This document shows positions 8,996 through 17,567 of a DNA stretch of 25,376 nt, piece by piece. Source of the stretch: a virus (taxonomy: Duplodnaviria; Caudoviricetes); the IMG/VR virus record IMGVR_UViG_3300005522_000014, positions 1 to 25,376 of that record; one strand, given 5' to 3'. Each line of letters starts with the position of its first letter. Position 1 is the first letter of the stretch. A model generated the notes under the pieces. The model saw nothing but the letters and a program-made list of their open reading frames with translations. It ran no database searches and was not told the origin of the DNA. The position numbers were made by a program, and so were the translations under genes.

Positions 8996-10678
8996 ATGGC
9001 TAAATTATTTGGTTTTAAGATACAGAAGGACGACGAGCAGAAAAAGAACGTCGTCTCACCTGTACCTCAGTCTAATGAGGATTCATCGGACTATTATGTT
9101 TCGAGTGGGTTCTATGGGCAGTATGTCGATATTGACGGTGTATTCAAGAATGAGCACGAGTTAATAAAAAGATATCGTGAAATGGCACTTCATCCAGAAG
9201 TGGACAGTGCCATAGAAGATATTATAAACGAAGCAATAGTTTCGGATCAGAATGATTCTCCAGTCGAAATCGATTTGGAGAATCTTCCTGCATCTGAGAA
9301 GCTTAAACAACTCATTAGAGATGAGTTTAAATCTGTTAAAGAAGTTCTAGACTTTGATAAAAAGTCCCATGAGATTCTTAGAAATTGGTATGTTGATGGG
9401 AGAATCTATTACCACAAAGTAATCGATGTCAAGAAACCAGAAGAAGGAATTAAGGAAGTAAGATATATTGATCCACTTAAGATTAAACTGGTAAGAAAAC
9501 TCAAGACAGATCCCACATTACAGGGAGTAATCAGATCAGTTAATCAAGGTCAGGATCCATCCAATATAGAAAATCCTGAGATAGAAGAGTACTATCAGTA
9601 CGAGCCTAATACTCCTAATAAAAATAATGTGGGTGCTATAGGTGGCACACCATTTGCTCATAAGAATAAAGCAGTTAAGATTGCACCTGACGCAATAACA
9701 TTCTGTCATTCTGGTTTAGTAGATAGAAATAAGAATACAATTCTTTCTTATCTAAACAAGGCAATTAAAGCACTCAATCAACTTAGAATGATTGAGGACT
9801 CTCTTGTTATCTACAGATTGAGTCGTGCTCCCGAAAGGAGGATCTTCTACATTGACGTAGGTAATTTACCTAAGATCAAAGCGGAACAATACCTCAAAGA
9901 GGTTATGAACCGTTATAGGAACAAGTTGGTGTATGATGCATCTACTGGTGAGATCAGAGATGACAGAAAGCATATGAGTATGCTTGAAGATTTCTGGTTA
10001 CCTCGTAGAGAAGGTGGTCGTGGTACAGAGATTACAACTCTTCCAGGCGGACAAAACCTTGGAGAACTCTCTGACATAGAATATTTCCAGAAGAAACTTT
10101 ACAGAGCTCTGGGTGTACCAGAATCACGTATTGCTGGATCTGGAGAAGGATTTAATCTTGGAAGATCTTCAGAGATCTTAAGAGACGAGATTAAGTTCAC
10201 CAAGTTTGTTGGTAGGATGAGAAAGAGGTTCTCATCTGTCTTCCTTGACATGTTGAAGACCAACTTAATCCTTAAGAACATTGTTACGCCAGAAGACTGG
10301 GAAGTCCTCTCTGATCACATCCAATTCGATTTTGTATACGATAATCATTTCTCAGAATTAAAAGAGGTAGAACTCATTAACGAGAGACTTGGTGTTGTTG
10401 CTGGAGTCGATCCTTATGTTGGTAAGTACTACTCACTTGAATGGGTGAGACGTAATGTTCTTAAACAGAAGGATGAGGAGATCATTGAGATCGACAAACA
10501 GATGGCACAAGAAATTGAGGATGGTAAGATTGCTGACCCAATGGAAGTGCAACAACTGGAAATGGGTGTTCATCCAGAACAAATGCCTGGTGGACAAATG
10601 AACCCAATGCCTGAAGAAATGCCTGCTGAAGAGCAACAAGCACCTCCTCCACAGATGCCCAAAGGTGGAGAGATATAA
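8996..10678 (+). CDS. gp20: Portal vertex protein gp20
   Basis: LIKRYREMALHPEVDSAIEDI, WYVDGR, NQLRMIEDSLVIYRLSRAPERRIFYIDVGNLPK and EDFWLPRREGGRGTEITTLPGG motifs. Confidence 0.98.
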   Translation: MAKLFGFKIQKDDEQKKNVVSPVPQSNEDSSDYYVSSGFYGQYVDIDGVFKNEHELIKRYREMALHPEVDSAIEDIINEAIVSDQNDSPVEIDLENLPASEKLKQLIRDEFKSVKEVLDFDKKSHEILRNWYVDGRIYYHKVIDVKKPEEGIKEVRYIDPLKIKLVRKLKTDPTLQGVIRSVNQGQDPSNIENPEIEEYYQYEPNTPNKNNVGAIGGTPFAHKNKAVKIAPDAITFCHSGLVDRNKNTILSYLNKAIKALNQLRMIEDSLVIYRLSRAPERRIFYIDVGNLPKIKAEQYLKEVMNRYRNKLVYDASTGEIRDDRKHMSMLEDFWLPRREGGRGTEITTLPGGQNLGELSDIEYFQKKLYRALGVPESRIAGSGEGFNLGRSSEILRDEIKFTKFVGRMRKRFSSVFLDMLKTNLILKNIVTPEDWEVLSDHIQFDFVYDNHFSELKEVELINERLGVVAGVDPYVGKYYSLEWVRRNVLKQKDEEIIEIDKQMAQEIEDGKIADPMEVQQLEMGVHPEQMPGGQMNPMPEEMPAEEQQAPPPQMPKGGEI

Positions 10679-10681
10679 ATA
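10674..10681 (+). promoter_or_regulatory. Consensus late promoter TATAAATA
   Basis: Exact match overlapping the gp20 TAA stop, 28 nt before ATG 10710. Confidence 0.75.
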
Positions 10682-10709
10682 CCTTTAGTCTAATTCTATA
10701 TTAACCCTT

Positions 10710-11036
10710 ATGGATAATGATTTAATTGATATGATAGCCGCTGAAGATCCTTCAGCTACCGATATTCACGACAAACTTAAAGATCTTCTTTATGCAAAGT
10801 CAGCTGAGAATATTGATACTATCAAACCAGCTGTGACTGCCTCTATGTTTGGTGGGCCTAACCCCTATCTAGACGTACCAGAGACAGAAGTTGAGACTGA
10901 ACCAAGTGAAGAACCAGTTGCATCTGATGAAGCACCTGGCACACCTGCATCCGTTGAGGATTCAGAAGTCGAAACCCCTACTGCTGAAGTAGAAACACCT
11001 GATAATGAGACCGAAGAAGAAAAACCTGAGGCTTAA
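10710..11036 (+). CDS. Probable prohead core protein (gp67/gp68 position) with acidic E/P-rich tail
   Basis: Lies between portal and prohead protease; helical N-terminus (IHDKLKDLLYAKSAE) and a Glu-rich C-terminus. Function inferred from synteny. Confidence 0.65.
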   Translation: MDNDLIDMIAAEDPSATDIHDKLKDLLYAKSAENIDTIKPAVTASMFGGPNPYLDVPETEVETEPSEEPVASDEAPGTPASVEDSEVETPTAEVETPDNETEEEKPEA

Positions 11037-11038
11037 AA

Positions 11039-11761
11039 ATGAAACTCATTAGAGAAGAGATCGAAACCTGTAAAGTTCTTGTCGAAGAAAAGGAAGGCAA
11101 GAAGTCAATGTTTATTGAGGGTACTTTTTTACAAGGTAACCTTAAGAATAGGAATGGTCGATTCTACCCTACAGAAGTTCTTGAAAAAGAAGTTAATAGG
11201 TACTGTGAGTCATTCGTGGCTAAAGGCCGTGCTCTTGGAGAGCTAGGTCATCCAGAAGGTCCAACTGTAAATTTGGACAGAGTATCTCACAAGATTGTAG
11301 ACCTTCATAGGGAAGGGAATAATTTTGTAGGTAAAGCAAAGCTTTTAGAAACCCCTATGGGTGTTATCGCCAAGAATCTTTTAGATGAAGGCGTACAACT
11401 TGGAGTTTCTTCTAGAGGCATGGGTAGTCTTAGAGACACTAACGAAGGTTACAAAGTCGTTGGTGAAGACTTCATGCTCGCAACTGCAGCTGATATAGTT
11501 GCAGATCCTTCCGCCCCTGACGCTTTCGTCAATGGCATTATGGAAGGAGTTGATTGGGTCTGGGAATCTGGACTACTTAAAGCTCGTGAAGCAAATCTTG
11601 TTGTTGAGGAAACTCCTGCCACAATTGCAGTCAAAGAGCCAGAAGAAGTAGTTGAAGAAGCCATTGAGAAAACTCAAGAAACTATAAATAAATTTGTTAG
11701 TCAAGGTCAGCTTGATGAGAAGAAGTTGGAAATCTTCCAAAACTTCCTATCAAATCTTTGA
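11039..11761 (+). CDS. gp21: Prohead core protease gp21
   Basis: IEGTFLQ..KNRNGRFYP, ALGELGHP (His), GVSSRGMGS (Ser) and ADIVADPSAPDAFV motifs. Confidence 0.96.
   Translation: MKLIREEIETCKVLVEEKEGKKSMFIEGTFLQGNLKNRNGRFYPTEVLEKEVNRYCESFVAKGRALGELGHPEGPTVNLDRVSHKIVDLHREGNNFVGKAKLLETPMGVIAKNLLDEGVQLGVSSRGMGSLRDTNEGYKVVGEDFMLATAADIVADPSAPDAFVNGIMEGVDWVWESGLLKAREANLVVEETPATIAVKEPEEVVEEAIEKTQETINKFVSQGQLDEKKLEIFQNFLSNL
11683..11690 (+). promoter_or_regulatory. Intragenic consensus late promoter TATAAATA (likely for gp22)
   Basis: Exact match in the 3' part of gp21, 130 nt before the gp22 ATG. Confidence 0.5.
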
Positions 11762-11765
11762 TTTA

Positions 11766-11772
11766 ATAAATA
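11766..11772 (+). promoter_or_regulatory. Late promoter box ATAAATA for gp22
   Basis: Intergenic AATAAATA; RBS GGAG at 11809-11812. Confidence 0.65.
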
Positions 11773-11820
11773 AACATAGATTAACGATATCTAATCACGT
11801 TTTAAAGCGGAGAGTTCAAA

Positions 11821-12945
11821 ATGTCTCGTGGAGATTTACAAGAAATGGAAGTAGGCACAAAGCAATCCAACACTGCTGTTAACGCTGGAGCTGGTAAAGG
11901 GGATCCAATGCCCTCTACACCGAGCGACTATGTTAAAAGTTCTCAGGCAGTAGAAGATCTGGGAGGTCCTACACCCCAGAACTCAAAGCCGGATGACGAG
12001 TCCAATGCGCTTAAGACTCCTACAAAGACTATTAAGCAAGTTGCAGACGTAGTTACTAACCGTCCTGGCAAAGGTGGAGGAAACCCTGGCATGCCTACTT
12101 TAAACAAAGGTAAGGTTTCTTACGAAGAAACTGAAGCATCAACAGACGAGAAGGTGGAAGCCATCGTCGAAGATGAGACAGTTACTAAGGAAGACGAAAC
12201 CAAGGTTGACCTTAACTCAGCTATCGAAGAGGACGTTAACGCTCTCCTCGCTGGTGAAGACCTATCTGAGGAATTCAGAGAAAAGGCAAAGGTAATCTTC
12301 GAGGCATCTATCAATGCTAAGATTACAGATATCGAAAATCAACTGAACGAAGAATACGCTACCAAACTCAACGAAGAAGTTGAGACTATCAAAGTATCTC
12401 TTACAGAGAGAACTGATGCGTATCTCGAATATGTCGCAGAAGAGTGGCTAGAGGAGAATCAGCTAGCAGTCGAAAGAGGCATCAAAGCCGAAATGACTGA
12501 ATCATTCTTAGACGGCATGAAAAAGCTTTTTGAAGATCATTATGTATCATTACCTGAAGATAAATATGATGTTCTAGAGAATATGGTAGACAAACTTGAT
12601 GAAATGGAGACCAAGCTTAACGAGCAGATAGAAAGAAACGTTGCACTTAACACCAAACTTGGTGAGTCAACAGCTCAGACTGTCTTCAACAACGTTGCAG
12701 AAGGACTTGCAGTATCCCAAAAGGAAAAACTACAAAGTCTTGCAGAGGGTGTTGAGTTTGAAAGTGAAGAAGCCTATCGTGGAAAACTAGAAACTCTTAA
12801 GGAGTCATACTTCAAAGGAGGAACAAAGACTAGTTCTCCTACGAGCGCACCTCAAGAACTAACAGAAGAAGCAGAGCATGTTGAGCCAGCTACTGGATCA
12901 ATGGCTACTTATCTGGAAGCACTTGGTCGTGTGAATAGGAAGTGA
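11821..12945 (+). CDS. gp22: Prohead scaffold (core) protein gp22
   Basis: Acidic coiled coil with LSEEFREKAKVIFEA, YLEYVAEEWLEEN..A and LETLKESYF; precedes the major capsid gene. Confidence 0.93.
   Translation: MSRGDLQEMEVGTKQSNTAVNAGAGKGDPMPSTPSDYVKSSQAVEDLGGPTPQNSKPDDESNALKTPTKTIKQVADVVTNRPGKGGGNPGMPTLNKGKVSYEETEASTDEKVEAIVEDETVTKEDETKVDLNSAIEEDVNALLAGEDLSEEFREKAKVIFEASINAKITDIENQLNEEYATKLNEEVETIKVSLTERTDAYLEYVAEEWLEENQLAVERGIKAEMTESFLDGMKKLFEDHYVSLPEDKYDVLENMVDKLDEMETKLNEQIERNVALNTKLGESTAQTVFNNVAEGLAVSQKEKLQSLAEGVEFESEEAYRGKLETLKESYFKGGTKTSSPTSAPQELTEEAEHVEPATGSMATYLEALGRVNRK
12560..12566 (+). promoter_or_regulatory. Possible intragenic late promoter ATAAATA for gp23
   Basis: GATAAATA inside gp22 (EDKY codons); no TAAATA in the gp22-gp23 gap. 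Could be a chance match. Confidence 0.35.
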
Positions 12946-12976
12946 TAAATTTTTAGTTAAACAACCTTACAAAACG

Positions 12977-14380
12977 ATGCAACAAAACATCAACTATCAG
13001 GCGCTTACTGAAAAGTGGGCCCCGCTCCTCGATTACGAAGGAGTAGACAAGATTCAAGATCAGCATAGACGTAATGTTACTGCTGTACTTCTTGAGAACC
13101 AAGAGCAAATGCTCCGTGAAGAGAACTCTTTCCAGAGTTTAACAGAAGCTTCACCAACTAACTCTGCTGGAACAGGTGGATTTAGTGGTTCTTCAACAGC
13201 CGCAGGCCCAGTTGCAGGTTTCGACCCTGTATTGATCAGCCTTATCCGTCGTGCAATGCCTAACTTGGTCGCTTATGACCTTGCTGGTGTTCAGCCAATG
13301 AGCGGACCTACAGGTTTGATCTTCGCAATGCGTTCTCGCTACACGAATCAGAGTGGAACAGAAGCTCTATTCGACGAGCCAGATTCAGCATTCTCTGGAC
13401 AGAACAGCGCTGAGACCCTCACAGGAGGATTCTCTGATACAGCTGCAGGTTTCGGTACAACTTCACAGTCTGGTACTAACCCTGGCGTTCTTAACCCAGT
13501 TGCCTCTGCTACCACATCTGCATATGATGTAGGTCAAGGTATGAGGACAGGAGACTCCGAAGCTTTAGGCGACGGTGCTTCCAACCATTTCCAAGAAATG
13601 GCATTCAGCATTGAGAAAGTAACGGTGACTGCGAAGTCTCGTGCTTTGAAAGCTGAGTACAGTTTAGAATTAGCTCAAGACCTTAAAGCTATCCACGGAT
13701 TAAACGCCGAGTCTGAACTCGCAAATATCCTCTCAACAGAGATACTTGCAGAGATCAACCGTGAAGTTATCCGTACTATCTACAAGTCTGCTGAGCAAGG
13801 TGCAACAATCAACACCTCTACTGCTGGAACTTTCGATTTAGATACAGACAGTAATGGTCGTTGGTCAGTTGAGAAATTCAAGGGACTTCTCTTCCAGATA
13901 GAAAGAGATGCCAACCAGATCGCACAAAGAACTCGTCGTGGAAAGGGCAACGTTGTCCTATGTTCCGCAGACGTTGCTTCTGCACTAACAATGGCTGGAA
14001 TCCTTGACTATACTCCTGCATTGAACGCTAACCTTAACGTTGATGACACTGGCAATACATTTGCTGGAACATTGGCTGGTAAGTACAAAGTTTACATCGA
14101 TCCATTCGCTGCAAACAATGACGCTAATCAGTACTACGTTGTTGGTTACAAAGGATCTAATCCTTACGATGCTGGTCTGTTCTACTGCCCATACGTTCCT
14201 CTACAGATGGTTCGTGCAGTTGGTCAGGACACCTTCCAACCAAAAATTGGCTTTAAGACTCGTTACGGAATCGTTGCTAACCCATTTGCGGAAGGTAATG
14301 TTTCTAACCAAGGTCTTGGACGCCTTCTTGCTAACTCAAACCGCTACTATCGTAGAGTTAAAGTTACAAACCTCATGTAA
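12977..14380 (+). CDS. gp23: Major capsid protein gp23
   Basis: EKWAPLL, TAVLLENQ, LIRRAMPNLVAYDLAGVQPMSGPTGLIFAMRSRY, KSRALKAEYSLELAQDLKAIHGL, YCPYVPL and FQPKIGFKTRYG motifs. Confidence 0.99.
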   Translation: MQQNINYQALTEKWAPLLDYEGVDKIQDQHRRNVTAVLLENQEQMLREENSFQSLTEASPTNSAGTGGFSGSSTAAGPVAGFDPVLISLIRRAMPNLVAYDLAGVQPMSGPTGLIFAMRSRYTNQSGTEALFDEPDSAFSGQNSAETLTGGFSDTAAGFGTTSQSGTNPGVLNPVASATTSAYDVGQGMRTGDSEALGDGASNHFQEMAFSIEKVTVTAKSRALKAEYSLELAQDLKAIHGLNAESELANILSTEILAEINREVIRTIYKSAEQGATINTSTAGTFDLDTDSNGRWSVEKFKGLLFQIERDANQIAQRTRRGKGNVVLCSADVASALTMAGILDYTPALNANLNVDDTGNTFAGTLAGKYKVYIDPFAANNDANQYYVVGYKGSNPYDAGLFYCPYVPLQMVRAVGQDTFQPKIGFKTRYGIVANPFAEGNVSNQGLGRLLANSNRYYRRVKVTNLM

Positions 14381-14400
14381 TTCATATTGCATACCGAATG

Positions 14401-14426
14401 AAGGGGGTCTACGGACTCCCTTTTTT
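14401..14426 (+). terminator. Rho-independent terminator after gp23
   Basis: AAGGGGGTC-TACG-GACTCCCTT followed by a T-run; cUACGg (UNCG) tetraloop. Confidence 0.9.
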
Positions 14427-14438
14427 ATTGGAGAAGAA

Positions 14439-14570
14439 ATGGAATTAAAAAAACCACTGATGCATGTTAGGTTGCATCAACTCGGATTCTTCTGGTGGGA
14501 TCCCAGAATAGATCCAAGAGAACCAGAATATTGGGGCCCCGACGGGGGTTCTTTTTTTATGCCTATATAA
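14439..14570 (+). CDS. Putative 43-aa micro-protein MELKKPLMHVRLHQLGFFWWDPRIDPREPEYWGPDGGSFFMPI (may instead be a structured RNA)
   Basis: GGAG at 14430-14433 precedes ATG 14439. It is the 3' end of track ORF 14040..14570, and its last codons run through a terminator. Confidence 0.45.
   Translation: MELKKPLMHVRLHQLGFFWWDPRIDPREPEYWGPDGGSFFMPI
14534..14558 (+). terminator. Second rho-independent terminator
   Basis: GGGCCCC-GACG-GGGGTTC (two G-U pairs) followed by T7. Confidence 0.75.
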
Positions 14571-14571
14571 T

Positions 14572-15132
14572 ATGACTCATGTTATGATTATGAATAAGTG
14601 GTTTACCATAAGTTTAGGGACGGTATTGGGTCTTAGTCATATTGGTATGATTGGGATGATCTCTAGACAAAGTAAGTTTCCTGTAGTAAATGTACCTGTC
14701 GGTGAGTACACTTCCTATGAAGTAAAGGCAGGACAGGATGGATATTGGATTAACTATCGTTCCCATGATCCTAAGATGTCGCATGTGGAACGGGATATAA
14801 AGAAGAAAGCGGGGTTTCTGGGAATGGGTAACAACACCATTACAGAAAGGAAATCATATCCAGCAACGAGTATTGGGACTGGCGGTGTTTCATCTACCAC
14901 AGAAACAGGTAAGTCAGAAGCCTGTATTGAAGCAATCGGATCAGGAAAAGGAACGGGTAGAATGGTCGGTGCTAGTGTTGGTGCTGCTGTGGCCCCTAGT
15001 CTCACTGGGATTCCTTTCGTTGGTTGGGTTCTTGCTGGAGCTGCTACAATGATGGGAATGGATGCTGGATCTGATGTTGGTGGAACAATGGTTGAAAGTA
15101 TCAGTCCTGACTGCGAAGAACCAACTAAATAA
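14572..15132 (+). CDS. Hypothetical membrane protein with N-terminal hydrophobic helix and C-terminal glycine zipper (start may be 14584 or 14590)
   Basis: WFTISLGTVLGLSHIGMIGMI; GRMVGASVGAAVAPSLTGIPFVGWVLAGAATMMGMDAGSDVGG flanked by two Cys. TATAAT at 14566-14571 abuts the first ATG, which favours a downstream start. Confidence 0.8.
   Translation: MTHVMIMNKWFTISLGTVLGLSHIGMIGMISRQSKFPVVNVPVGEYTSYEVKAGQDGYWINYRSHDPKMSHVERDIKKKAGFLGMGNNTITERKSYPATSIGTGGVSSTTETGKSEACIEAIGSGKGTGRMVGASVGAAVAPSLTGIPFVGWVLAGAATMMGMDAGSDVGGTMVESISPDCEEPTK
15125..15131 (+). promoter_or_regulatory. Late promoter box CTAAATA for gp3
   Basis: Overlaps the stop of ORF 14572; AAGGA RBS and ATG 15145 follow. Confidence 0.6.
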
Positions 15133-15144
15133 AAGGAAAAGCCC

Positions 15145-15696
15145 ATGGCAACGAAGACTTCTGCTTGGTCTAGACAACTTAAGAATAGGAACTTCTTATC
15201 CCCTGCAGGATTTAAGTTTACTTTGGCTAAGGCACCAAAGGTAGATTTCTTTTCTCAATCAGTTAGTATTCCTAATATCAATCTAGGAGTGTCTATTCAG
15301 ACAACTTACTTGAAAGATATTCCTATAGCTGGAGATAAACTTGATTATGGCGATTTAGACATAGAGTTTTTTATTGATGAAAATTTAGAGAACTATCTGC
15401 AGGTAGAAAGATGGATGAGATCTCTTGGATTTCCCGAATCTTTGGCAGAATCTATACCCATAAATCAACAAAATAATGATGATCTCATCATGGGTGATAC
15501 GTCAGATGGTACACTTATAGTGTATAATAGTAGTTTCAATCCAGTTGCCAAGGTAAGTTTTAAGGATCTATTTCCTAATTCTCTTACCCCAGTTCCATTT
15601 ACCGCTGACGCAACTGATATAAATTATATTATGGCGACAGCCTCTTTTAAATATACTATTTTTAATGTGGAGAGTTTGATAGGAGATGAATCTTGA
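15145..15696 (+). CDS. gp3: Tail tube terminator / head-proximal tip protein gp3
   Basis: NRNFLSPAGFKF..PKVDFF, GDKLDYGDL..F.IDENLENY and F.DLFP.SL motifs; typical position before uvsY in cyanomyoviruses. Confidence 0.88.
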   Translation: MATKTSAWSRQLKNRNFLSPAGFKFTLAKAPKVDFFSQSVSIPNINLGVSIQTTYLKDIPIAGDKLDYGDLDIEFFIDENLENYLQVERWMRSLGFPESLAESIPINQQNNDDLIMGDTSDGTLIVYNSSFNPVAKVSFKDLFPNSLTPVPFTADATDINYIMATASFKYTIFNVESLIGDES

Positions 15697-16114
15697 ATTT
15701 ATACAAGACCTTTGGGATAAAGACTCTGTAATTGATAATGAACTTCTTCATTCAGAATCAACAAGAGTACCAGCATTACACGCAAAATATTATAAGATAT
15801 ACAATAATATCTTAACCCTTCAGAGAGCTCAGGAAACTAGATATAAAGTTTTAAAGAAGGAGAAGTGGCAATATTACTCAGGTAAAGCATCACCCGAAGT
15901 ATATGCAGAGAAACCTTTCGACCATAAAGTTCTAAAGGCAGACTTGGGAATATACTTTGATGGAGATGAAGATCTAATTAAATGTATTGCTAAGATAGAT
16001 TACTATCAGATAATGTTAGATTATCTTGAGAGTATCTTAAAGGTTATATTAAACAGAACGTACCAAATAAAGAATGCCATCGAATGGCAGAGATTTACGA
16101 GGGGTTATGACTGA
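15686..16114 (+). CDS. uvsY: Recombination mediator UvsY
   Basis: W.KDSVID..L..ES..P.LH.KY, YYSGKA and RTYQIKNAIEW.RF motifs. Confidence 0.92.
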   Translation: MNLEFIQDLWDKDSVIDNELLHSESTRVPALHAKYYKIYNNILTLQRAQETRYKVLKKEKWQYYSGKASPEVYAEKPFDHKVLKADLGIYFDGDEDLIKCIAKIDYYQIMLDYLESILKVILNRTYQIKNAIEWQRFTRGYD

Positions 16115-17567
16115 TCTTACTATTGCTAAAAAGAATGAGGTCTATCTTACTGTAGATGCACCACCTCATGTCCAACAGGAACTATCTGATTTTTTTACAT
16201 TCGATGTTCCAGGCGCCAAGTTTATGCCTCAGTATAGGAATAGACATTGGGATGGTAAAATTCGTTTATTTTCAACTGCCACTGGTGAGGTTTATGTCGG
16301 ACTGTTAGATAAGATTGTAGATTGGGCAAAGAAGTCAGAGTATAGTGTCAAGTTTTTGAATAGTGAATACTATGGTCTTCCCTTTGAACAGAATGAAGAG
16401 ATATCATTGGAAGGTGTAAGGGATTATATGTTAGCAATCACTAGTATCAAACCTAGAGATTATCAAATACAAGGTGTGTATGATGCACTAAAGTATAATA
16501 GAAGATTAATTATATCCCCTACAGGATCAGGTAAGTCCCTGATGATCTATGCTGTTACACGTTATCATGTGGGCAGAAAGAGAAGAATCCTACTTGTTGT
16601 TCCCACGACTTCTCTCGTAGAACAAATGTATAAGGATTTTATAGAGTATGGTTGGGATGTCGAAAAGTACTGTCATCGTGTTTATGCTGGTAGAAAAAGG
16701 ACTACTCCTCAAAGAGTTACCATATCAACATGGCAATCCATCTATAAGATGGATAAGAAGTGGTTTAGTCAATTTGATGTTATAATAGGAGATGAGGCAC
16801 ATCAATTTAAATCCAAATCATTAATAGGAATTATGTCCAAACTTAGAGATACTAAGTATAGATATGGATTCACTGGAACTCTAAGTGGAGCACAGACTCA
16901 CAAGTGGGTTCTGGAAGGATTGTTTGGGCCCTCATATAAAGTAACTAAAACAAAGGATCTTATTGATAAAGGGCATTTATCTAAGTTAGATATTAGAATC
17001 ATTGTATTGAAACATGAGCCCAGACAATTTGATGATTATCAAGAAGAGATAAATTATATCATATCTAACGAGAAAAGAAATAAATTTATTAAAAATTTGG
17101 CACTATCTCTTCAAGGCAACACATTAATATTGTTTAGTCGAGTCGAGGCCCACGGAGAGATCTTATATGAATCTATAAATAGTTCTGTAAATGATGATCG
17201 TAAAGTCTTCTTTGTCCACGGTGGCGTGGAGGCTGATGAACGTGAATCTATTCGTGAAATTACAGAAGAGGAAAACAATGCGATTATTGTGGCGTCCTAT
17301 GGGACTTTTAGCACTGGCATCAATATTAAGCGCCTACACAACATTATCTTCGCGTCGCCGTCCAAGTCCAGAATACGAAACCTTCAGTCAATAGGTAGAG
17401 TACTTAGAAAGGGCAAAGGAAAACTTAAATCCCTCTTGTATGACATTGCAGATGATATTAAATATGATTCTCAACGGAATTATACTTTGAATCATTTACT
17501 TGAACGAGTCAAAATCTATAACGAGGAGAATTTTAATTATGAATTGTCACAGGTTAAGTTAAAATAA
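16107..17567 (+). CDS. uvsW: SF2 RNA-DNA/DNA helicase UvsW
   Basis: PRDYQ, Walker A PTGSGKS, DEAH, GFTGT, FSTGINI and QSIGRVLR motifs. Start moved to MTDL at 16107 (GAGGGG RBS at 16099-16104). Confidence 0.95.
   Translation: MTDLTIAKKNEVYLTVDAPPHVQQELSDFFTFDVPGAKFMPQYRNRHWDGKIRLFSTATGEVYVGLLDKIVDWAKKSEYSVKFLNSEYYGLPFEQNEEISLEGVRDYMLAITSIKPRDYQIQGVYDALKYNRRLIISPTGSGKSLMIYAVTRYHVGRKRRILLVVPTTSLVEQMYKDFIEYGWDVEKYCHRVYAGRKRTTPQRVTISTWQSIYKMDKKWFSQFDVIIGDEAHQFKSKSLIGIMSKLRDTKYRYGFTGTLSGAQTHKWVLEGLFGPSYKVTKTKDLIDKGHLSKLDIRIIVLKHEPRQFDDYQEEINYIISNEKRNKFIKNLALSLQGNTLILFSRVEAHGEILYESINSSVNDDRKVFFVHGGVEADERESIREITEEENNAIIVASYGTFSTGINIKRLHNIIFASPSKSRIRNLQSIGRVLRKGKGKLKSLLYDIADDIKYDSQRNYTLNHLLERVKIYNEENFNYELSQVKLK
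17174..17181 (+). promoter_or_regulatory. Intragenic consensus late promoter TATAAATA in uvsW
   Basis: Exact 8-mer, 385 nt upstream of ORF 17567. Confidence 0.4.

Noticed and set aside
10540-11036. Low-complexity P/M/Q/E-rich tails of gp20 and ORF 10710 as DNA repeat arrays
   Set aside because: Only loose codon-level repetition encoding disordered tails; no regular repeat unit.
14040-14438. 176-aa ORF overlapping the gp23 3' end (possible overprinted or frameshift extension)
   Set aside because: Alternate-frame shadow of gp23 that crosses a strong terminator; no slippery site was noticed. Only the last 43 codons have an RBS.
16074-16106. Track start for uvsW
   Set aside because: ATG 16107 has a GAGGGG RBS and a much smaller overlap with uvsY.
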